Notes under the pieces: generated by a model | Told to the model about the DNA's origin: nothing | The model's input: the letters and a program-made list of their open reading frames with translations, nothing else | Database searches by the model: none | Assembly (NCBI RefSeq): GCF_054482525.1 | Contig: NZ_CM137006.1 | Direction: 5' to 3' (one strand) | Length of the DNA: 64,000 nt | In this document: positions 34,288-45,409 of the stretch, in pieces | Layout of the letters: each line of letters opens with the position of its first letter | How positions within the stretch are numbered: the first letter of the stretch is position 1 | Translations under genes and position numbers: made by a program

Positions 34288-36924
34288 TTAACGACATTCA
34301 GCTGATAGCTGGGTTAATAACTGCTGCTGACTCTCTGGTGGCAGTTGATAATTGGCGACACAGTGAGCATTTTCCTCTTCTCCCCATTTCACCTGAACTT
34401 TTCCCGCTAAAGGCATTCCGCTGAGGTAAACCTGACCATTATCCGCAACAATGCCGCTACTCTGGCTACTCTCTGATGTCACCATCGCCCCAAACGGCAG
34501 CGGCTTATTATTGTGGGTTAGCGTCATGAGCAGTTTTATCCCAACGCGCGCTTTAAACTCTGCTCGCACTATCGCCCCACGAGTGGGAACAACGTTAGCG
34601 ACCGCGTTATCTAAATCGACGTTATCAGCCAGGGTATTGGTATCCAGCGCTACTCTGTTTTCCCGATATTCAGTGGCATAAGGCAGCACGGCATAACCGC
34701 GCCAGTCGGTACGCACCCCCGTCTGGTTTTCGACTTTTGCATCTTTTGCGCCAGGCGCTTTAACAAGCACTACCGTATCGTTTAACGGCTGCCCCAGCGT
34801 TACGCCATTGGCATGAGCCAGTACCCCACCGCTGACTCCGTAATAGAGCTGCTTAATATCATCGCTATGGCTGTAACCGATGTTGGCATTGCCGTAACCA
34901 CCGCGATAATTCAGCGTGGCGTAGCCTGTACTTCCGCTATTACCATCACCTCCCCCGGCGTAACCGGTTTGCACGCTATAGCTGAGGTTGTTGTCTTCCA
35001 GCAACGTACCGTATACACCGGCCAGATTGGTCATCCGACCGTTGAGATCGTGTGACATGCTGTAACTGGCACTGGCATGTCGCCACTGAGATTTACTGTC
35101 AGAACGCAGCCAGTGGCTGAAAGGAATATTGACGTTAAGCGCTAACATCTGATCCCGTCCTTTTTGCCAGGCGTTTTTCGTCAGGCTATAGCTGAGCGTC
35201 CAGTTGATATCTTCGAATGCAGTATTTAAACCAGCCTGGAATTGCTCATCGACATTATTCGTTCCCCAATAAGTTTGATGGCTACCACTCAAATACAGTG
35301 TTGATGAGCGCCCGAGTTGCTGAGTAACGGTGAGCTGTAATTTCCCGCGTTTGTTATAAGCGAGGTTGTAATAGTCGGTGAATTTCGGCTTAACCTGAAT
35401 AACTCCGTCCTGTGTTTCGATGTTGTAGCCATTCATTCGACTGTATGTTGTATCAGCGAAATTAAAATATCCGCTGGTCGAATAACGGTAACCCACTAAC
35501 TGAATATTCGTGCCTGACTCATTGAGCGATTTGTTATAGAGAAAACGCACCGATTGTCCGTCATGCTGACTGTCATCGGGAAGTGTGGAATTAGCCTGCG
35601 TCATATCCACAGACAGAGCACCCAGTGCCCCCATGTTTTTCCCGATACCGAAATTAAAAGCACGATAACGATCCGCCAGTTGCGTTCCACCATATATTGT
35701 CCAGCCAGCCGGAAGGCCGTGGAGTAATGTACTCTGGAAAAAGCGGGGTTTTTCCTGTTGCGCATTTCCACTACGGTATTCTCCTGCCGTAATGGAATAA
35801 CGAGTATGCCCTTCACGTTGCAAAAGCGGGACTGACGAATAGGGTACGGTAAAAATCTGCGTGCTGCCGTCAGCCTCTTTGATCGTTACCTGCAAGTCAC
35901 CACTATTACCTGCGGCATAGATATCGTTGATGGTAAAAGGCCCCGGTGGCACCGTACTATTATAAATGTCATACCCATTTTGTTTAATAGTGACCTGTGC
36001 AGTACCACGAGCAATACCGTGGATCACCGGGGCAAATCCTCTTTGGCTATCGGGTAACATATTGTCATCTGAGGCCAATTGTGCGCCGCGAAAGTTAATA
36101 CCATCGAAAATATCGCCCTGAGTATAACCATCACCCAGCGTCAGCCGGGAACGTAACGGAATTATGTCTCGCTCAAGCCAGGTATTGATATGCTGCCATT
36201 TATTTTTGCTACCTGATGAACTGTCGCTACTGTTATAACTCCAGGTGGTATTGTCGCGTAAACGCCACGCACCAATATTTAACCCACTCTGTAGGTTTAA
36301 ATATGCATAATGGCTGTTACCCCCAATCCGATTCTGTACACTATTTCCGCTAAAATTATAATTGAGCAATCCGGCATTAATACCGGGATCCCATAACTCA
36401 GGAGGAATATAACCACGCGCGCGATTACTCATAAATGCCTGAGGGATCGTCAGGTTGAGTCGCTGCTGACCAACATCTAAATGCGCAGTAGCGTCATGGA
36501 TCATTGAGGTTAATGGCACGCAGGCATCATCCGCCAGCAGATTCATACCGGAGACAGAAGCCGTATTCAGCCCCATACCGGCAAGTTGCGCGCGTGTCAG
36601 GCAGGGAACAATCCCTTGTTCACTGTCGCCCGTATTAAATGTGACATCACGCGTTGCCATATAACCATTATTCAAATAGATATCGACACGATACGTCCCT
36701 GGCGGTAATTCTTGCCCATTCTCAAAACGCGATAAATCAGCCACAGCCTGGGGATCATCCGCTAAAAAACGCGGGTTAAAATAGAGTTCGGCAGATGACA
36801 AAGGTGCCTGTGCGGCAAAAGCACAAGCAACAAAGAACCGGACAAAAAAACCAGCCAAACGATGCTTACGAATATGCAAGCATTGTGTGTTTCGCTGGTA
36901 AAGTCTTAAATTCAGATATGACAT
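34288..36924 (-). CDS. fimD: type 1 fimbrial outer-membrane usher
   Basis: 878-aa ORF MSYLNLRLYQRNTQCLHIRKHRLAGFFVRFFVACAFAAQA...; usher family. Confidence 0.93.
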   Translation of the reverse strand: MSYLNLRLYQRNTQCLHIRKHRLAGFFVRFFVACAFAAQAPLSSAELYFNPRFLADDPQAVADLSRFENGQELPPGTYRVDIYLNNGYMATRDVTFNTGDSEQGIVPCLTRAQLAGMGLNTASVSGMNLLADDACVPLTSMIHDATAHLDVGQQRLNLTIPQAFMSNRARGYIPPELWDPGINAGLLNYNFSGNSVQNRIGGNSHYAYLNLQSGLNIGAWRLRDNTTWSYNSSDSSSGSKNKWQHINTWLERDIIPLRSRLTLGDGYTQGDIFDGINFRGAQLASDDNMLPDSQRGFAPVIHGIARGTAQVTIKQNGYDIYNSTVPPGPFTINDIYAAGNSGDLQVTIKEADGSTQIFTVPYSSVPLLQREGHTRYSITAGEYRSGNAQQEKPRFFQSTLLHGLPAGWTIYGGTQLADRYRAFNFGIGKNMGALGALSVDMTQANSTLPDDSQHDGQSVRFLYNKSLNESGTNIQLVGYRYSTSGYFNFADTTYSRMNGYNIETQDGVIQVKPKFTDYYNLAYNKRGKLQLTVTQQLGRSSTLYLSGSHQTYWGTNNVDEQFQAGLNTAFEDINWTLSYSLTKNAWQKGRDQMLALNVNIPFSHWLRSDSKSQWRHASASYSMSHDLNGRMTNLAGVYGTLLEDNNLSYSVQTGYAGGGDGNSGSTGYATLNYRGGYGNANIGYSHSDDIKQLYYGVSGGVLAHANGVTLGQPLNDTVVLVKAPGAKDAKVENQTGVRTDWRGYAVLPYATEYRENRVALDTNTLADNVDLDNAVANVVPTRGAIVRAEFKARVGIKLLMTLTHNNKPLPFGAMVTSESSQSSGIVADNGQVYLSGMPLAGKVQVKWGEEENAHCVANYQLPPESQQQLLTQLSAECR

Positions 36925-36990
36925 TATTCCTCCGGTTTAAAATCACCCGGCAGTCAATTCTTTTTATTCAGGCGAAAAATTCCCCCTGCG

Positions 36991-37716
36991 TTATTCCATT
37001 ACGCCCGTCATTTTGGGGGTAAGTGCGCCATAATCATTTATTGTTCGGTAAGTAATATTGCTTCCTGCATCAGAAGGCAATTTAACCGTGCTTTCGCCCA
37101 TTGGAGGCACCAATGCATTTTCAAGAACCCGGGTTCCGGCATTCAACTCTGTTACCGTCAGGTAATAGGGTGTCGGGTTAATCAGCGTCAGAGAATTCGC
37201 GCTACGACGAAATCTTAATTTTTCTGCGGCCTGATCGGGTGGCAACGCTAATTTAGCCGGGCGATAGTACAGTTTAATGCGGCTGATAATTGCGAGCTGT
37301 AGCGTATTCTCAGTCAATTTTGATTTATCCATTGACGGAATCGCTTTAACGTTCATCCAGAATAAACTTTCCCGATCCTGTGGCAATTGGTTATTTGTTG
37401 CATCAAGAATACGTAAGGTATTCTCTTTTTTTCCCTTCATCGCAAACAGAGGTGGCGTCACGATAAAACGACCATCCTTTACACCATCGGCATTTTCCAC
37501 CCATGATTGAATTAAATAGGTGCTATTTTCATCATTATTTGTCACGGCAAGTTGCACTTGTTTTTGCCCTGCCGGATAAATTACGCGGGTCGCACCTAAG
37601 GCCACTCCCGCTTCAGCGCGTCCGGCAACCATCATTGCCATGAACATCAGGATACCTGCCAGCAAGCAGAATGTTATTTCCTGCGATTTCCTTACATTGA
37701 CGTTTTTATTACTCAC
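36991..37716 (-). CDS. fimC: type 1 fimbrial periplasmic chaperone
   Basis: 241-aa ORF MSNKNVNVRKSQEITFCLLAGILMFMAMMVAGRAEAGVALGATRVIYPAGQKQ... Confidence 0.93.
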   Translation of the reverse strand: MSNKNVNVRKSQEITFCLLAGILMFMAMMVAGRAEAGVALGATRVIYPAGQKQVQLAVTNNDENSTYLIQSWVENADGVKDGRFIVTPPLFAMKGKKENTLRILDATNNQLPQDRESLFWMNVKAIPSMDKSKLTENTLQLAIISRIKLYYRPAKLALPPDQAAEKLRFRRSANSLTLINPTPYYLTVTELNAGTRVLENALVPPMGESTVKLPSDAGSNITYRTINDYGALTPKMTGVME

Positions 37717-37752
37717 TGTCCTGTTCCTGTTATCACATTATCTGCTGAACAA

Positions 37753-38292
37753 TTACTGATAGGTTAAAGAGAACCAGGCCTGGGCATTGGCGATGCCGCC
37801 AGTAACCCGACGCCCGGTAGCACGATATTTGGCGATGAAATGTAGCGAAGTAGAGCCTGAGTAAAGCCGTTTCCAGTTTGCAGGAGGACGATTAATCGGT
37901 ACGAGGTTTCCTTCATCATCAAACAACGCTACGCCAATATTGGCGGCTATCCCTGGCCCCTCTCCCACGGAAAGCACATCCGGATTTTTACCATCCGCGA
38001 CACCGTGAAACGCCACACCCACACGTTCACTCACCACCGTGCTACATTCCCGTAAATGAATAACAAAAGGCACCGGTGCGCTATCTTCCCCTACCGCATG
38101 AAACCGGTTACTGCTGATTTGCCCCATATTGACCGTCATTTGTTTATCACCGGCTTCAATCCGGCAAGTTTCCGCAATAATGACGCCCTGAAATTGCATA
38201 TTTCCGCCGGGCAGCGTGGTATTCCATTTATTTCCGGCCAGAGCAAACATTGGCAGTAACGACGCTAATAGAAATAATCTCTTCCTTTTCAT
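37753..38292 (-). CDS. fimI: fimbrin-like protein FimI
   Basis: Track ORF to 38424; [30 protein letters not shown]... from ATG 38292 (179 aa). Confidence 0.85.
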   Translation of the reverse strand: MKRKRLFLLASLLPMFALAGNKWNTTLPGGNMQFQGVIIAETCRIEAGDKQMTVNMGQISSNRFHAVGEDSAPVPFVIHLRECSTVVSERVGVAFHGVADGKNPDVLSVGEGPGIAANIGVALFDDEGNLVPINRPPANWKRLYSGSTSLHFIAKYRATGRRVTGGIANAQAWFSLTYQ

Positions 38293-38356
38293 CGTTATTT
38301 TTATCGCACAAGGGTGGGCATCCCTGCCCGTAATGACGTCCCTGAACCTGGGTAGG

Positions 38357-38905
38357 TTATTGATACTGAACCTTGAAGGTCGCATCCGCATTAGCAGCAC
38401 CCGGGGTTGCAGCAGCGGTTGCAAAATAACGCGCCTGGAACGGAATGGTGTTAGTACCGTTATTCAGGGTTGTTTCTGCACTAAATGTCGCACCGTCCAG
38501 CGCCAGCGCAGCACCGGTTCTGTCCAGAATTTGCACACCAACGTTTGTTGCGCTACCTGCAGCAGAACTCTGCAGAGCCAGTACATCAGTATGCGTAGCA
38601 TCAATTGCCGTACCTAAGAAGGCAACAGCGGCTTTTGTGGCAACAGTGGTATCGCAATCATTCAGCTGAATGTTAAAACCAACAGCAGAGCTGGTTGCTC
38701 CAGCCTGCTTCAGGCTAGCGGTACGAACCTGTCCTAACTGAACGGTTTGATCAACAGAGCCTGCATCAACTGCGCAAGCGGCATTAACAACTTCCCCTTT
38801 AAAGTGAACGGTCCCACCATTTACCGTCGTAGTATCAGCCAGAGCCGCTGCGGAACTGAGGGACAGAGCCGACAAAACAACGATTGCCAGAGTTTTAATT
38901 TTCAT
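38357..38905 (-). CDS. fimA: type 1 fimbrial major subunit
   Basis: Track ORF to 39064 reads through the switch; true start [23 protein letters not shown] at 38905 (182 aa). Confidence 0.93.
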   Translation of the reverse strand: MKIKTLAIVVLSALSLSSAAALADTTTVNGGTVHFKGEVVNAACAVDAGSVDQTVQLGQVRTASLKQAGATSSAVGFNIQLNDCDTTVATKAAVAFLGTAIDATHTDVLALQSSAAGSATNVGVQILDRTGAALALDGATFSAETTLNNGTNTIPFQARYFATAAATPGAANADATFKVQYQ

Positions 38906-39023
38906 GCTGCTTTCCTTTAAAAAACTATTTCTAAATCGACATGGGCAGTCGTTCTGTACACTTTGTTTTGTCAACGAGTTTGACTGCCAACACTGCACAG
39001 TTTTCCCCCAAAAGATGAAACAT

Positions 39024-39337
39024 TTGGGGCCATTTTGACTCATAGAGGAAAGCATCGCGCACAAACTTTTTCAGTTTATTTGTTGGCTTGATATTCTACC
39101 GTTATCTTTATTTATAGATTTTTATATTGCATGAGGTGGTTTTTGGAGAGAAGAATGAGGAAGTTGCTTCGAGACACAGAAACGTTAGCTTTACATTTAG
39201 CGGAGGTGATGTGAAATTAATTTACAAGAGAAATAATTTACATATCAAACAGTTAGATGCTTTTTGTCGTTTTTTAATATTTTTATGCTTGAGAAAAAAT
39301 ACGTAACTTATTTATGATATGGACAGTTTGGCCCCAA
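39024..39337. promoter_or_regulatory. fimS: fimS invertible phase-variation switch (314 bp) bounded by 9-bp inverted repeats
   Basis: TTGGGGCCA at 39024-39032 and its reverse complement TGGCCCCAA at 39329-39337; spacing is exactly 314 bp, the known size of the fim switch. Confidence 0.85.
39289..39319 (+). promoter_or_regulatory. fimA sigma70 promoter inside fimS (-35 TTGAGA, 18-bp spacer, -10 TATGATA), here pointing away from fimA
   Basis: ttgaga at 39289-39294 and tatgata at 39313-39319 on the plus strand, i.e. directed toward fimE; promoter hexamers are as I recall them from the literature. Confidence 0.65.
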
Positions 39338-39384
39338 TTGTCTTGTATTTATTTGTTTTTTAACTTTATTATCAATGAGTTAAA

Positions 39385-39981
39385 TCAAACCTCTTCTCTT
39401 TTTAATTTTTCGTTTATGAGATTATTTCTTTCCCATAATCCGGCAAAACGAGCAGCATTACTGGCGGTATAACGCACAGTATGGCGAATATTTCGATGCC
39501 CGAGATAATCCTGAATTAAACGGGTATCGGCACCACGCTCCGCCAGTTCATAACCACAAGCATGCCTTAACATATGAGGATGAGTCTGCGTTACGGTTCC
39601 AGCTTCAATACCGGCATCGCGAATAATGCGATAGGCCTGCTGGCGAGAAAGCCGACTCCCGCGGCGAGAAATAAATATAGCGTCGGTCCGGTCAGCGCCT
39701 TTCCAGTTAGCACGTTCCTGGGTCCAGCGTTCCACGGCTTCACGCTCATCAAAACGTAACGGGTGAACGGTAGAAAATCCGTTCTTCAGTCGGCGAATAT
39801 TTATTCGACCTTCATTAAGGTCAAGGTCCTGATAATGCAGATCAAGCAGTTCACTAATACGCATCCCATGCCGATATGCCAACAGAATAAGACAATAATC
39901 TCTGGCTCCCGTTGCCCCGTAACAAACCGCCTGCATCATGGCCTGAACTTCTTTACCGGTAAGATAACGACGTTTACTCAC
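39385..39981 (-). CDS. fimE: tyrosine recombinase FimE (ON-to-OFF switching)
   Basis: 198-aa ORF MSKRRYLTGKEVQAMMQAVCYGATGARDYCLILLAYRHGMRISELLDLHYQD...HMLRHACGYELAERG...LGHRNIRHTVRYT. Confidence 0.93.
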   Translation of the reverse strand: MSKRRYLTGKEVQAMMQAVCYGATGARDYCLILLAYRHGMRISELLDLHYQDLDLNEGRINIRRLKNGFSTVHPLRFDEREAVERWTQERANWKGADRTDAIFISRRGSRLSRQQAYRIIRDAGIEAGTVTQTHPHMLRHACGYELAERGADTRLIQDYLGHRNIRHTVRYTASNAARFAGLWERNNLINEKLKREEV

Positions 39982-40459
39982 AATAGTAGTACTCCTAACT
40001 GAGATATATTTGAATGAATACCTATAGGAAACCTCAATCGGTCAAAATTAGCCCAATAGATAAAAAGATAACCACACACGAAGTGATGTGGCTATCAGTC
40101 AATTACATTAAATATCATACAAAAATAAAATATCACTGATGTGACAACATCTATTTTCATTGATTTGATTCAATATAACAATAGATTGCAGTGGATTAAC
40201 TTCCCAGTTGCTTAAAAAATAAAGAAAAAAGTATGAAAACAGGAGAATTTAAGTGATGTGTAAATTTATGAATGATTTTGTTTATTTATTTTGAAGAACA
40301 CAAACCATTGTATTTTGTATGGATATGGTTAACTTAATGTTTATTATGATAATTAAGAATCACACTTACAATAACATCAATTAATAAATGGTTAATCATT
40401 TTTGATATATCGTAAGAATAATGTGTTTTTTAACACCATCCCTGGTATCCCATCTATCT

Positions 40460-41062
40460 CTATAAAACAGCGTGACGCTGTCTCCCTCTAGCTCTATCCC
40501 AGATGCCGTAAAAACGCCCTGCATTGCTGGCGGTATACCAGACTGTATGACGAATATTGCGATGCCCAAGATAATCCTGGATAAGTCGCGTATCTATTCC
40601 CATATTCGCCAAAGCAAAACCACACGAATGGCGTAACATGTGCGGATGAATCTCCAGTGATAACCCAGCATTACCACCAGAAGTCGAGATAATATGGTAA
40701 AACTGTTGCCGAGAAAGCGGATTCCCCTTACGTGATAAAAATACCCACTCGCTCTCAGCATGCGGATACGAAGTACGGATACTCAACCAGTTTTTTAAAG
40801 CCTGAACTTCTTTGTTCAATAGCGGGTGCGTTGTTGAAAAGCCTTTTTTTAATCGATGGATATATATACACTTTGCCTTAAGATCAATATCCGAAATCCT
40901 CAATCGACAAATTTCACTCGCCCGGAAACCATGAATAAAACAAAGCAAAGTCAGACAATAATTACGTGCTGCATGAGGCCCGGTATTTGCTGCTTTAAGG
41001 AGTGACTCGATTTCACTATGGGTCAGGAAGTTCCTTTTTTTGTTATCAGCCTTATTCTTCAT
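40460..41062 (-). CDS. fimB: tyrosine recombinase FimB (bidirectional switching)
   Basis: Track ORF to 41092; MKNKADNKKRNFLTHSEIESLLKAANTGPHAARNYCLTLL... from ATG 41062 (200 aa). Confidence 0.93.
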   Translation of the reverse strand: MKNKADNKKRNFLTHSEIESLLKAANTGPHAARNYCLTLLCFIHGFRASEICRLRISDIDLKAKCIYIHRLKKGFSTTHPLLNKEVQALKNWLSIRTSYPHAESEWVFLSRKGNPLSRQQFYHIISTSGGNAGLSLEIHPHMLRHSCGFALANMGIDTRLIQDYLGHRNIRHTVWYTASNAGRFYGIWDRARGRQRHAVL

Positions 41063-42515
41063 CGTTTTTCCCTTATAATTACAGACGCGCACTAGCTGTG
41101 CTGGGTTAGCAATAATCCAACATTTTAATCCTGATTATGTTTATAAAAGCGAACGTTTGCTTAATAACTAACGTAAGTGGACCAGTTCTTCAGAGTGAAC
41201 TTAAATGGAGTGGCAACAGTTACTTATAATAACGTTGCCATACAAACGCTATGCTCCTGCATGCTATGTACCTTTATATATTTATCAATCTGATACGAAT
41301 CTAATAATAACCCTCATCATTAATGCAACTAATCTTATCTATATATCATGTGATATGTTCTGTAACAAGTAAAATCAACATAAAAAATTCAGCAAAATTT
41401 AATATTCGTTCAACTAGCCGTCTCACATATGACATTATTAGTCAACTCCATTTGCCACAAAATGGCTATTTCATGGAACGCAGTAATTTCTTAGTGGCTA
41501 TTATCATGCTAATGCTTAGGTCCCTAGCGATTATTCCTGGCTGGTTCGTCAGTTTAGGCCATGAGATTGTTACATTCCTTTTTATCATGGAGATATGGGG
41601 GAAAGCAGGAGACGATTTTTTCATCTACATTCGTTGATAAATATGGCTTTGGTCACTAAGACTTAAACCCTCCTCAATCACAGCTGTTCGCCGGGCAATA
41701 CGGCAAACAAACTAAGTGAAACATCATCCTGAAAACACCAACATCAACAAGCCTCTCCAGATCGACTTCAGGAGTGACCAGTTACAAGCCACAAATCAGG
41801 AAACATATTTCATGGTGAGAATTATGATCAGTCTGATGGCGGGTAAACCCTTATTTTCACCCCGCTCACTGAGTTAGCTTGCAAATCTTCCCTTGTTTAG
41901 ACTCTAGATAAATCTCATATAAAACAGGCAATTAAACAAAAACCTTTGGTTTGTGACGGCCTCCACAAATGTTCGTTTAGCTTCACATGGCATCTTCTTC
42001 TTAGAAAAAGATCGACATATTTTGTGACACGAATTGCAAATCTGGTTTTGTTGTATGGATTGCGTGATTTTTGATCTGGTATAACAGGTATAAAGGTGCA
42101 CCACGATAGTCAATGAGACAGGGCATCTCGCAATCTATGGCAAACATCACTTCAGTTCTTTCTCATCGGGTGATGAAAACGCACTTCAGTCTGAAAGGAA
42201 TATGAAAATGAGATCAACAGACACTCTATTTTATGACTCTGGGTAAAATGGATTGAGTAAGTGATATAGCTTACGAACATTCAAATCAATTAAACATCAG
42301 AAGAGATTTTATACTCAGGTATTTAATCTGGCTCTCTGTTTATTTAAATAATGTGGAAGAGAATTTTCACAGGAGACCTTATACAAAAAATATAAAATAC
42401 AGTTACCCGTTGCCAAAGACACTATAAGCCTGGCAAAAAATATTACACAACATAAATGCTAATTGTTTATGCGGGCTTTGTATTGCTTTCTGTATCCTAC
42501 AAATGAGTGAAATTT
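41063..42515. promoter_or_regulatory. long AT-rich fimB-nanC divergent intergenic regulatory region
   Basis: ~1.45 kb non-coding AT-rich DNA between divergent fimB and nanC; in K-12 this region carries the fimB and nanC promoters and NanR/NagC/IHF sites (established knowledge, individual sites not mapped here). Confidence 0.5.
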
Positions 42516-43232
42516 ATGAAAAAGGCAAAAATACTTTCTGGCGTATTATTACTGTGCTTTTCGTCACCATTAATTTCTCAGGCTGCGACACTGGACGTAC
42601 GTGGTGGATATCGTAGCGGAAGCCATGCCTATGAGACTCGACTCAAAGTCAGTGAGGGATGGCAAAATGGATGGTGGGCAAGCATGGAAAGTAATACCTG
42701 GAATACCATTCATGATAATAAAAAGGAAAATGCCGCACTCAATGATGTTCAGGTTGAAGTTAATTACGCGATTAAACTTGATGATCAATGGACGGTGCGC
42801 CCGGGAATGTTAACGCATTTTAGCAGCAACGGCACACGCTACGGACCCTACGTAAAACTGTCCTGGGACGCGACAAAAGATCTTAATTTTGGCATTCGCT
42901 ATCGTTACGACTGGAAAGCTTACCGACAACAAGACTTATCCGGTGATATGTCTCGTGATAACGTTCATCGTTGGGATGGATATGTCACTTACCATATTAA
43001 TAGTGATTTCACCTTCGCATGGCAAACGACGCTATACAGCAAACAGAACGATTATCGCTATGCAAACCACAAGAAATGGGCGACGGAAAATGCATTTGTT
43101 CTACAATACCATATGACGCCCGATATTACGCCATACATAGAATATGACTACCTTGACCGTCAGGGTGTTTACAACGGCAGAGATAATTTATCGGAAAACA
43201 GTTATCGCATTGGTGTGTCATTTAAACTGTAG
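42516..43232 (+). CDS. nanC: N-acetylneuraminic acid outer-membrane channel (KdgM family)
   Basis: MKKAKILSGVLLLCFSSPLISQAATLDVRGGYRSGSHAYETRLKVSEGWQNGWWASMESNTW... (238 aa from ATG 42516). Confidence 0.9.
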   Translation: MKKAKILSGVLLLCFSSPLISQAATLDVRGGYRSGSHAYETRLKVSEGWQNGWWASMESNTWNTIHDNKKENAALNDVQVEVNYAIKLDDQWTVRPGMLTHFSSNGTRYGPYVKLSWDATKDLNFGIRYRYDWKAYRQQDLSGDMSRDNVHRWDGYVTYHINSDFTFAWQTTLYSKQNDYRYANHKKWATENAFVLQYHMTPDITPYIEYDYLDRQGVYNGRDNLSENSYRIGVSFKL

Positions 43233-43251
43233 TAGACAGGAGACAGTCACA

Positions 43252-44358
43252 ATGAATAAAACAATAACGGCGCTTGCTATCATGATGGCTTCATTTGCCG
43301 CAAACGCGTCTGTATTACCGGAAACTCCTGTGCCATTTAAAAGTGGTACCGGGGCAATTGATAACGACACTGTCTACATTGGTTTAGGTAGCGCAGGTAC
43401 AGCATGGTACAAGCTGGATACACAGGCCAAAGATAAAAAATGGACAGCGTTAGCTGCATTCCCTGGCGGACCAAGAGATCAAGCAACCTCTGCATTTATT
43501 GATGGCAATCTGTATGTGTTTGGCGGCATTGGCAAAAACAGCGAGGGCTTGACTCAGGTATTTAATGACGTACACAAATACAACCCCAAAACCAATAGCT
43601 GGGTTAAATTGATGTCGCACGCGCCGATGGGCATGGCGGGCCATGTGACTTTTGTACACAACGGCAAGGCTTATGTTACTGGCGGTGTTAACCAGAATAT
43701 CTTCAATGGCTATTTTGAAGATCTCAACGAGGCTGGAAAAGATTCAACCGCTATAGATAAAATCAACGCCCACTATTTTGACAAAAAAGCAGAAGATTAT
43801 TTCTTCAATAAGTTTCTGTTGTCTTTTGATCCCTCAACACAGCAATGGAGTTACGCTGGCGAATCTCCCTGGTACGGGACGGCTGGTGCGGCGGTTGTGA
43901 GTAAAGGTGATAAAACCTGGCTTATTAATGGCGAAGCCAAACCAGGATTGCGAACGGATGCCGTATTTGAACTTGATTTCACCGGTAATAATTTAAAATG
44001 GAATAAGCTTGCTCCCGTCGCATCACCAGATGGCGTCGCTGGCGGTTTTGCAGGCATGAGCAATGACTCACTGATATTTGCCGGAGGGGCCGGATTCAAA
44101 GGTTCACGGGAAAATTACCAAAACGGTAAGAACTATGCGCATGAAGGCCTGAAAAAATCATATAGCGCTGATATTCATCTTTGGCATAACGGAAAATGGG
44201 ATAAATCTGGTGAATTATCGCGAGGTCGGGCCTACGGAGTATCATTGCCCTGGAATAATAGTTTATTAATTATTGGCGGTGAAACTGCAGGCGGCAAAGC
44301 GGTGACGGATTCAGTTTTAATTTCTGTGAAGGATAATAAAGTCACAGTACAAAACTAA
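43252..44358 (+). CDS. nanM: N-acetylneuraminate epimerase/mutarotase (Kelch-repeat beta-propeller)
   Basis: MNKTITALAIMMASFAANASVLPETPVPFKSGTGAIDNDTVYIGLGSAGTAWYKLD... (368 aa from ATG 43252). Confidence 0.9.
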   Translation: MNKTITALAIMMASFAANASVLPETPVPFKSGTGAIDNDTVYIGLGSAGTAWYKLDTQAKDKKWTALAAFPGGPRDQATSAFIDGNLYVFGGIGKNSEGLTQVFNDVHKYNPKTNSWVKLMSHAPMGMAGHVTFVHNGKAYVTGGVNQNIFNGYFEDLNEAGKDSTAIDKINAHYFDKKAEDYFFNKFLLSFDPSTQQWSYAGESPWYGTAGAAVVSKGDKTWLINGEAKPGLRTDAVFELDFTGNNLKWNKLAPVASPDGVAGGFAGMSNDSLIFAGGAGFKGSRENYQNGKNYAHEGLKKSYSADIHLWHNGKWDKSGELSRGRAYGVSLPWNNSLLIIGGETAGGKAVTDSVLISVKDNKVTVQN

Positions 44359-44366
44359 CGCTTCAG

Positions 44367-44390
44367 GGCCCCGGTAAAGGGGCCTTGCTA
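44367..44390 (+). terminator. short GC-rich hairpin after nanM
   Basis: ggcccc-ggtaaa-ggggcc followed by ttgctatcaatttg. Confidence 0.4.
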
Positions 44391-44422
44391 TCAATTTGTC
44401 ATTTGTATTACGCGAAAATTAT

Positions 44423-45409
44423 ATGAACGCAATAATATCGCCCGATTATTACTATGTTCTTACCGTTGCTGGTCAGTCTAATGCCATGGCGTATGGCGAA
44501 GGACTGCCATTACCGGACAGGGAAGATGCGCCTCATCCCAGAATTAAACAATTAGCGAGATTTGCGCATACGCATCCCGGAGGCCCGTCATGTCACTTTA
44601 ACGACATTATTCCACTGACTCACTGCCCACACGATGTTCAGGATATGCAGGGTTATCACCATCCTCTGGCAACGAATCATCAAACACAGTACGGCACCGT
44701 TGGCCAGGCACTGCATATTGCACGGAAATTACTGCCCTTCATTCCTGATAATGCAGGGATTCTCATCGTTCCGTGTTGCCGTGGCGGATCGGCTTTTACC
44801 GCAGGCAGCGAAGGGACATATTCAGAACGGCACGGAGCCAGCCATGATGCTTGTCGTTGGGGAACGGATACTCCGCTATACCAGGATTTAGTCAGCAGAA
44901 CGCGAGCCGCACTGGCAAAAAATCCGCAGAACAAATTCCTCGGCGTATGCTGGATGCAAGGCGAATTTGACTTAATGACCAGTGACTACGCGTCACACCC
45001 TCAACACTTTAATCATATGGTTGAAGCCTTTCGTAGGGATCTAAAACAATACCATTCTCAGCTTAATAAAATTACTGACGCACCGTGGTTTTGCGGCGAT
45101 ACCACCTGGTACTGGAAAGAAAATTTCCCTCATGCGTATGAAGCTATTTATGGCAATTATCAAAATAATGTTTTAGCCAATATTATTTTCGTCGACTTCC
45201 AGCAACAAGGTGCAAGAGGACTGACGAACGCGCCTGATGAAGATCCGGACGATTTAAGCACGGGATATTACGGTTCAGTGTACCGGTCACCGGAGAACTG
45301 GACGACGGCACTGCGAAGCAGTCATTTCAGCGCGGCAGCCCGTCGGGGGATTATTTCTGACAGGTTTGTAGAAGCAATTTTGCGTTTGTCACATTTTCAC
45401 AAAGAATAG
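44423..45409 (+). CDS. nanS: 9-O-acetyl-N-acetylneuraminate esterase (SGNH hydrolase)
   Basis: Track ORF from TTG 44396; ATG at 44423 gives MNAIISPDYYYVLTVAGQSNAMAYGEGLPLP... (SGNH GQSN motif), ~328 aa. Confidence 0.88.
   Translation: MNAIISPDYYYVLTVAGQSNAMAYGEGLPLPDREDAPHPRIKQLARFAHTHPGGPSCHFNDIIPLTHCPHDVQDMQGYHHPLATNHQTQYGTVGQALHIARKLLPFIPDNAGILIVPCCRGGSAFTAGSEGTYSERHGASHDACRWGTDTPLYQDLVSRTRAALAKNPQNKFLGVCWMQGEFDLMTSDYASHPQHFNHMVEAFRRDLKQYHSQLNKITDAPWFCGDTTWYWKENFPHAYEAIYGNYQNNVLANIIFVDFQQQGARGLTNAPDEDPDDLSTGYYGSVYRSPENWTTALRSSHFSAAARRGIISDRFVEAILRLSHFHKE

Noticed and set aside
41323-41637. 104-aa ORF in the fimB-nanC intergenic region
   Set aside because: Lies in AT-rich regulatory DNA with no RBS or family resemblance; this region is non-coding in K-12 as I recall.
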